Assembly (NCBI GenBank): GCA_002269645.1 | Contig: NIVC01001228.1 | Span: 62,001 to 126,000, forward strand | Length of the DNA stretch: 64,000 nt | Source of the DNA: Macrostomum lignano | Taxonomy: Eukaryota | Direction of reading: 5' to 3' | Part shown: positions 63,883-64,000 of the stretch, in pieces | Numbering within the stretch: the stretch's first letter is position 1 | How the letters are laid out: each line of letters begins with the position of its first letter | Translations under genes and position numbers: made by a program | The notes under the pieces: model-generated | What the model was told of the DNA's origin: nothing | Database searches by the model: none | The model's input: only the letters and a program-made list of their open reading frames with translations

Positions 63883-63999
63883 TCAGACGAAGCTGACTGT
63901 GAAATACGAGGACTTCCCTTCACCTGACGATGACGGTTGCGAGGGACGCCGTTTTGAGTCGATCATCATTTTCTGCCCGCTGTTGCCGCCACCGTCGCC
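63883..63999 (-). CDS. Possible C-terminal end of a convergent gene running in from beyond the window
   Basis: GC-rich open frame GDGGGNSGQKMMIDSKRRPSQPSSSGEGKSSYFTVSFV* with TGA at 63885-63883. Short and unrecognised, and a + frame is also open here. Confidence 0.3.
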   Translation of the reverse strand, partial: GDGGGNSGQKMMIDSKRRPSQPSSSGEGKSSYFTVSFV

Positions 64000-64000
64000 A

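Overview
Eukaryotic (animal) genomic DNA with GT-AG introns. The gene style (SL-operon-like clustering, minisatellite-filled introns, Gln/Ala/Ser runs, a PEX gene) suggests a free-living flatworm such as Macrostomum, but that is inference. Bases 1-16.9 kb hold tandem repeats, fold-back/inverted elements, AT-rich non-coding DNA and a minus-strand signal-peptide + CUB-domain gene that the ORF track does not assemble. From 16,995 to 62,374 there are 11 conserved housekeeping genes, all on the + strand: PCYT1, PITHD1, GEMIN8, DCPS, RPL37A, RPL36A, SREK1-like, PEX12, MED10, NUB1, UPF2. They look like an SL trans-spliced polycistronic operon. 17 of 20 introns and 8 of 10 intergenic spacers carry a tandem array, mostly minisatellites with a different 18-52 bp unit each, plus a few microsatellites. 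Several arrays overlap or mimic RNA-processing signals: a 33-copy array holding an acceptor-like AG plus ATG whose last copy is the apparent NUB1 start, and a ~60-copy 5'-splice-site-like array upstream of PITHD1. Other notable items are a 102-bp exact RPL37A fragment inside an array, a tRNA-derived SINE with target-site duplication, and a UPF2 stop codon that overlaps a donor site. Most long ORFs in the supplied track are translations of repeats. All coordinates were read by eye and no searches were run.
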